Shown here: piece by piece, positions 28,301 through 32,000 of the stretch
Layout: the number at the start of each line of letters is the position of its first letter
Numbering within the stretch: the first letter of the stretch is position 1
NCBI GenBank assembly: GCA_964543385.1
Contig: CAZIYE010000003.1
Location: 21,590-53,589 of the forward strand
Length of the DNA stretch: 32,000 nucleotides
Origin: an uncultured Candidatus Saccharibacteria bacterium
GTDB lineage: Bacteria; Patescibacteriota; UBA1384; XYA2-FULL-43-10; 1-14-0-10-43-13
Reading direction: 5' to 3'
Position numbers and translations under genes: made by a program
The notes under the pieces: model-generated
Seen by the model: the letters and a program-made list of their open reading frames with translations, nothing else
Told to the model about the DNA's origin: nothing
Database searches by the model: none

Positions 28301-28996
28301 CTAGACCGAACCCAAATACAACAATTCCTAAATCACAAATACCACAAACAAATCCTCGTCTGGCTAAATGATCTAATAGATAACAAATCAGTTGAAACAA
28401 CCAAACTGCCTAAAAGTAAGGCTAAAATATATTACTTAACCAAAAACAGTATCCCCCTCCTATTGGAAGAAGACGGCGACAACAAACAATTGCTTCAAAA
28501 GCTTTATAGTGAGAATGAACGATCAAACTCTTTTATTGAAAGCTGTCTTCTCCTCGCTGATATTTACCTTGATCTGCAGAAAAATGCCAATGATAGCAAA
28601 AAGACCGTGATGTATGTTAAAAGTGATTATCACAACATGCCATTAGTAGAAGTATTAAATGACCTCTCGCCTCATGCATTTATTGAACAAAATAGCACAG
28701 ATGAGACAAAGTGCTGCTTTTTGGAAATACTTGCCAATTTGCCAGAAGAGAGATTACGACAAAGGATTAAAAAATATCTCAGATTCTACCAAGAGAATAC
28801 TTGGGAAGCCGAAACCAGCAAACCGTTTCCGACAGTTTTGATAATCTGCCCAAGTGATGAAAAATTTAACTATGTTAAGTCGTATACCAAATCAAAACTC
28901 AGATCACTCGATGAACCATCTTTAACTGTTCGTTTGAGTACAGTTAAGAAGATTAGGGAATTTGGGATTGGCGGAGATGTTTGGGTGACATTGTAA
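25304..28996 (+). CDS. TraD/VirD4-like type IV coupling ATPase with a C-terminal replication-relaxation-like domain, GTG start
   Basis: ORF 1230 aa; YILGATGSGKTTLLSDMIYQD...GVAVLDPHGQL; FYLYIDEFQNFA; C-terminal QQQILSLLYRFRFLDRTQIQQFLNHK winged-helix-like region; GTG at 25304 with a GGAGG-type RBS. Confidence 0.85.
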   Translation: MANNEIAINYSQLLIERFLETHPTATSNSQFAIDLYTALQNHQPLTVFQKAFLLASSGLPSTYDSTLSFFSFLYSHHSITLPLLVILGLIFVLIVLNLIYKFAWRWLLKRESFVFMELVFPAGNNKSAYATEQFFTLLHSLAKPKDFLYKILGFKKQYSLEITASKDQGIRYILVAPLSDTETLKKGLLSYLPGLKINEVSDYLPTGKQDRNKLTGLKLAYDFALPLKDNKVLDEHDPIAYLTGNMTKLKPNELMVFQIVASPVISSSHRDEIGHIKKINKLVFEGQSLKGELNQNPILKFLAWPYAVLKVILLVFSFCLKYLISMVVAFWDTKGKSVPFLAKEPEKQKLILSLHELELQNAIKGKIEKPLFETSIRLYVETDNLKEGRQRVNGFMASIGQLTSPYQALMAKPLIKISPFFSFSVKPFAKRELSLFNNPILSSSELTDLYHFPYAGTTKTEDMVRGKSQPLPAPLSFKMSENKFDNVFAKNNFGGTETIIGQTLDERRRHTYILGATGSGKTTLLSDMIYQDIISGKGVAVLDPHGQLVEKILTVIPKERIKDVVWFAPDDDGFPIALNLLELPKPKDGSFTASQLQKQKSLVASSIISIIQKFYDAKFFGPRMEYVLRNTILTALETESPTLLTILDILTKTPYRKKVVSELQNQVLKDYWVYEFEKLGGMQKSSVISPITNKIGGILSSPINYNILCQKESKLDFEDVINSGKILLCDLSKGKIGEDESSFFGSLIVAKIQLAALRRALISEDDRKDFYLYIDEFQNFATNTFAELVSEARKYRLSTILAHQSISQIENRDIIKVILANVGTVICFKTANPEDEQFILPIFSPEVLKHEISNLPLYNFYMKVSVGQAEDTFIAQTDNFTVEGDENIENMVIEESRKHFANPVVILPIKDEKTDKQMIQKAIDTKYHLVKTNDTEKGQIHAQNAENFSTYPIQEGSKDGIGIIVNINEKNVSSKTQKETIPTTPQQQQILSLLYRFRFLDRTQIQQFLNHKYHKQILVWLNDLIDNKSVETTKLPKSKAKIYYLTKNSIPLLLEEDGDNKQLLQKLYSENERSNSFIESCLLLADIYLDLQKNANDSKKTVMYVKSDYHNMPLVEVLNDLSPHAFIEQNSTDETKCCFLEILANLPEERLRQRIKKYLRFYQENTWEAETSKPFPTVLIICPSDEKFNYVKSYTKSKLRSLDEPSLTVRLSTVKKIREFGIGGDVWVTL

Positions 28997-29004
28997 CAAT
29001 AAAA

Positions 29005-29035
29005 AAGCCCGAGAATCGCTATGACTCCCGGGCTT
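29005..29035 (-). terminator. Intrinsic terminator for the 29043 gene
   Basis: Hairpin AAGCCCG(29005-29011)/CGGGCTT(29029-29035), with a 6-T tract on the minus strand. Confidence 0.7.
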
Positions 29036-29042
29036 GAAATAT

Positions 29043-29366
29043 TTAGTACTCACTAGCTAGCATTACAGTGATTAATCGTTTGCAGTCGTCCGATAATGGA
29101 TCAACAAAGTGCTTTAGCTCAGCATCATAATAATCAATTTTCCAAAGGACACTTTTACCACTCCATTCAAGCCGTCCCAGATCATGCCAACCGTACTGAT
29201 CGTCCTTTTGCGTAAAGCGATCGAAAGAACGGACAGCATAAAGCAACTCTTCGATATCTGGTAATTCAGCTGCTTTATTAGTAAACACAACATTCAAACC
29301 GAGCTGTCTTGCAACATCGTTTCTTCGAGCCATTTCTTGAAATTTCTCTTCTTGATTCATCTTCAA
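29043..29366 (-). CDS. DUF3768-like protein, copy 1
   Basis: ORF 107 aa; VRSFDRFTQKDDQYGWHDLGRLEWSGKSVLWKIDYYDAELKHF...RLITVMLASEY. Confidence 0.75.
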   Translation of the reverse strand: MKMNQEEKFQEMARRNDVARQLGLNVVFTNKAAELPDIEELLYAVRSFDRFTQKDDQYGWHDLGRLEWSGKSVLWKIDYYDAELKHFVDPLSDDCKRLITVMLASEY

Positions 29367-29392
29367 TCCTTAGTATATTATTAAAAGTAATA

Positions 29393-29431
29393 AAAGGCCT
29401 GAGAATCATGCATAGACTCCCAGGCCTTTTG
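29393..29431 (-). terminator. Intrinsic terminator for the 29433 gene
   Basis: Hairpin AAAAGGCCTG(29393-29402)/CAGGCCTTTT(29422-29431). Confidence 0.7.
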
Positions 29432-29432
29432 G

Positions 29433-29747
29433 TTAGTACTCCTCAGCAAGCATGACTGTCATTACTCGATGGCATTCTTTAGTGAGCGGATCTGCCCATC
29501 CATCGAAAGTCGCATTGTAGTAATCGATCTTCCAGAAAACCTTATCGCCGTGCCAGATTACCTTACCGAAATCGTGCTCGCCGTACGGATCATTGTCTTC
29601 TGTAAAATCGTCATATTCTCGAATAGCATCAAGCAAACCCGGTAAATCACGTACTGCTTGCACTCCGCAAGTAAGTGTAACTCCGAACCCGCTCTTTCTA
29701 AACTTATCATTTAACATTGAGATCATTACAACCTTTACTAAAATCAT
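29433..29747 (-). CDS. DUF3768-like protein, copy 2
   Basis: ORF 104 aa; IREYDDFTEDNDPYGEHDFGKVIWHGDKVFWKIDYYNATFDGWADPLTKECHRVMTVMLAEEY; AAGGAG RBS before ATG. Confidence 0.8.
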   Translation of the reverse strand: MILVKVVMISMLNDKFRKSGFGVTLTCGVQAVRDLPGLLDAIREYDDFTEDNDPYGEHDFGKVIWHGDKVFWKIDYYNATFDGWADPLTKECHRVMTVMLAEEY

Positions 29748-29812
29748 AAAACTCCTTCCTAATTATAAAAAATGGGGCGGATCGACCTTCCCGCCTGTCT
29801 AATGAAGGACTC

Positions 29813-29888
29813 AAAACAATAAGATTGATTGGGTCAAGGTGGAGTCGGTAGCTTGGAACTACCTTGAGGCAAGCAATCTTATTGTTTT
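29813..29888. repeat. Long imperfect inverted repeat (28-nt arms, 25/28 matching, 20-nt loop)
   Basis: AAAACAATAAGATTGATTGGGTCAAGGT (29813-29840) versus reverse complement of 29861-29888 AAAACAATAAGATTGCTTGCCTCAAGGT. Confidence 0.85.
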
Positions 29889-30031
29889 ATAAAATTAGAA
29901 GACAGGGGGAAGAAGAAAATCCTTGTGTTCTAAATATTCAAAAAATAACCATCTCTACGCACTCAATATTGAACCGCCCATTATCCTTTGTAGGACTAGA
30001 CTTTTTGCTCAAAAACTATTGCTAATTTCTA

Positions 30032-30060
30032 TTGACACTATCCCTTTGGGTATATATACT
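30032..30060 (+). promoter_or_regulatory. Strong sigma70-type promoter for the recombinase operon
   Basis: TTGACA-17 bp-TATACT. Confidence 0.7.
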
Positions 30061-30077
30061 ATACGCAAGGGGATAGT
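30037..30077. promoter_or_regulatory. Operator-like dyad overlapping the promoter
   Basis: ACTATCCCTTTGGG (30037-30050) versus reverse complement of 30064-30077 ACTATCCCCTTGCG, 12/14 matching. Confidence 0.6.
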
Positions 30078-30091
30078 TAAGAGAGGGATGT

Positions 30092-30436
30092 ATGGGACCG
30101 GTTAAAACCCAAAATTTGAACCAAAATATGCAGCAACAAGGCTCTTTTCGATTGAGCTCGCCTGCTTCACATGAGACATCGGCATTTGGTGGACGAATTG
30201 AGGATTACAAGACCGGCCTTGAGCTTACTTTGCAGTCGATTTTTCCAACGAAACAAGATGAAAACAAGCTCCAAAAAGCCCGTCGAATCCTTGGTGAGAT
30301 TGCAACAGATATTCCAGATACCGAACTTGAGTCAGATATCGCTGAATTTCATTATCTCGTTGACTCTTGGCTCGATGAGTTTGAGAAGCAAATTTTTGAT
30401 AATAAAACATTAATAGAGGTATTAAGGGAGGGGTAA
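30092..30436 (+). CDS. Hypothetical 114 aa protein upstream of the recombinase
   Basis: ORF with upstream promoter and GAGAGGG RBS-like sequence; 1-nt gap to the recombinase ATG. Confidence 0.65.
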   Translation: MGPVKTQNLNQNMQQQGSFRLSSPASHETSAFGGRIEDYKTGLELTLQSIFPTKQDENKLQKARRILGEIATDIPDTELESDIAEFHYLVDSWLDEFEKQIFDNKTLIEVLREG

Positions 30437-30437
30437 A

Positions 30438-31979
30438 ATGAGTCAAACATTACTCACAAGAAACCAGGCCGCCGGAAAAGCAGTAGTCTATTTAAGGGTC
30501 TCGACTGAAGATCAGGTGGATAATTATTCACTCGACACTCAGGAAACAATTTGCAAGAAAGAAGCCGAGAAAAGAGGGGTCGAGATTCTAAAAACCTTCC
30601 GAGAAGAAGGTAAATCGGCCAAAACGATCACTGGAAGGCCGTCATTGTTGGAAATGCTGACGTTTTGTCAGAAACACAAAAGAGAGATCGATATGATCAT
30701 TGTCTATCGACTGGATCGAATGTCACGCCAAACAGCCGATTATTTGGCAATCAGGAAGAAGCTGGCCGAGTGCGATATTAAACTTATTTCGGCGACTGAG
30801 CCAACAGGAAACAGTCCCACAGAGAAATTTGTTGAAACTATGCTGGCTGGCTTTGCTCAAATGGATAATGATGTCCGAAGCGAGCGGTCAAAGAATGGTA
30901 TGCGAGCAAGATTTATGTCCGGTCTTAACAATGGCTATGTTCCGCTTGGATATCTCAACCAAAACGGCTATGTCGCAAAAGATCCAGCCACTTTTGAAAT
31001 AATGGAAGGTGCTTGGAAACTAATGGGTGGTGGTAAGAAGACACTCAGAGAGATGACTGTAATCTTGGCAAAGAAGGGTATCAAGGGAGGGAATCGTCAT
31101 GGCAGAGAAACTGTTCTCCATCCTCAAATGTTAAATAGAATTTTTCGGAATAAATTTTACACAGGTAAAGTTGTGTCAAAAAAATATGGTCTTGAAGTTC
31201 AAGGTCAACACCCGCCAATGATCACAGAGGAATTATATTACAGAGTCCAAGCCGTTTTAGATGGCAGAAATACGAGCGTAAATGTTCAGTTGGCAAGACG
31301 GAACCGAGACAATCCCGACTTCCCATTACGTCGAATCGTAAAATGTCCAAATTGTGGCGCTTCTATTACCGGCGGGTGGAGCAAGGGCAGGACTAAACAC
31401 TATGCCTATTATTTCTGTCCAAAAGGCTGCAAGGGCTCGACAGTGGCAACAGGAAAGCTTGAAGAAGTAACGGCGAGTTTAATTGGAAAAATTGAATTAA
31501 AACCAAATGCAATCGAATTACTTATTGCCTACTTGCGCAAGAAATATTTTGAGAGAATCTCAAGCTTACAAAAGAGACGAGAGCAGGCTGACAGCGAGCT
31601 TAAAAAGCTTTATGAGTTCAGACAGGCACTAATCGAAAAAAACCTCTCAGGAATTTACTCTGATGAGATCTTTAAAGAACAAAATAAGATGATTGAAGAA
31701 AAAGTTAAAGATATCCAATACACAAAGAACGACGAACTTATAGAAAAATATAATTTAGAAAAAATAGTAAAATTTATCAAAGCCAAGCTTTTAAATCTTC
31801 CTGAAACTTACAGTAAATCCGATCTTGGACAGAAGCGTGTCCTCTTGGGTTCAATATTTTCATCTGGATTGGTATATACTGGAAATGACTATTTGAATCC
31901 GGCAATTAGTCAATACTACAGCGCAATATCCGATCTTTCAGGACCTAGCGTCTGTTTTGGTAGCGGGGGGGAGATTTGA
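30438..31979 (+). CDS. Large serine recombinase (resolvase domain, recombinase domain, zinc ribbon)
   Basis: ORF 513 aa; VYLRVSTEDQVDNYSLDTQ, IIVYRLDRMSR, NGYVPLGY, CPNCGASITGGWSKGRTKHYAYYFCPKGC. Confidence 0.95.
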   Translation: MSQTLLTRNQAAGKAVVYLRVSTEDQVDNYSLDTQETICKKEAEKRGVEILKTFREEGKSAKTITGRPSLLEMLTFCQKHKREIDMIIVYRLDRMSRQTADYLAIRKKLAECDIKLISATEPTGNSPTEKFVETMLAGFAQMDNDVRSERSKNGMRARFMSGLNNGYVPLGYLNQNGYVAKDPATFEIMEGAWKLMGGGKKTLREMTVILAKKGIKGGNRHGRETVLHPQMLNRIFRNKFYTGKVVSKKYGLEVQGQHPPMITEELYYRVQAVLDGRNTSVNVQLARRNRDNPDFPLRRIVKCPNCGASITGGWSKGRTKHYAYYFCPKGCKGSTVATGKLEEVTASLIGKIELKPNAIELLIAYLRKKYFERISSLQKRREQADSELKKLYEFRQALIEKNLSGIYSDEIFKEQNKMIEEKVKDIQYTKNDELIEKYNLEKIVKFIKAKLLNLPETYSKSDLGQKRVLLGSIFSSGLVYTGNDYLNPAISQYYSAISDLSGPSVCFGSGGEI

Positions 31980-32000
31980 ACTCCCGACCCCAGGCTTATG
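31958..32000 (-). tRNA. 3' part of a CAU-anticodon tRNA (Met, or Ile2), truncated by the window edge
   Basis: Reverse complement CATAAGCCTGGGGTCGGGAGTTCAAATCTCCCCCCCGCTACCA: T-stem GGGAG/CTCCC with TTCAAAT loop, 7-nt acceptor strand CCCCGCT, A discriminator, encoded CCA. Confidence 0.85.

Noticed and set aside
29593-30105. Plus-strand ORFs of 60-69 aa (29593-29802, 29923-30105)
   Set aside because: Antisense to DUF3768 copy 2 or lying across the promoter/non-coding region; no RBS or family support.
25304-32000. Prophage
   Set aside because: No capsid, portal, terminase or tail genes; VirB4, VirB6/TrbL, PrgI and TraD-like genes indicate a conjugative-type element.

Overview
The window looks like one end of an integrated, conjugative-type mobile element, probably from a CPR/Patescibacteria-like genome (lineage is inference; standard code, TGA used as stop). 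Right to left: (i) a partial CAU-anticodon tRNA gene at the right edge (31958-32000, minus) whose 3' end supplies the last codons and stop of a large serine recombinase (30438-31979). It is preceded by a small ORF, a strong promoter/operator dyad, a long inverted repeat and two tandem DUF3768 genes, each with its own terminator. (ii) A T4SS/conjugation module: a TraD/VirD4-like coupling ATPase with a C-terminal replication-relaxation-like domain on plus, and VirB2-like, VirB6/TrbL-like, PrgI-like, a TraC-associated protein, VirB4/TraC and an M23 peptidase on minus. (iii) A three-gene ABC-3C-type defense module (HNH protein, small middle component, DUF2326-like ATPase). (iv) The most unusual part: a compact minus-strand, operon-like array of 13 genes (about 1-17062). 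Every predicted protein begins with a short N-terminal region carrying an invariant C-x-x-[hydrophobic]-T motif, joined to very different bodies: WG repeats, GXGXG/beta-helix domains like the GltB C-terminus, a TPR solenoid, and a beta-propeller-like protein. I recognise no catalytic domain in the array. I flag this common-tag, variable-scaffold array, next to a T4SS and a defense module, as the candidate undescribed system. Domain calls come from sequence pattern recognition only; no database search was run.
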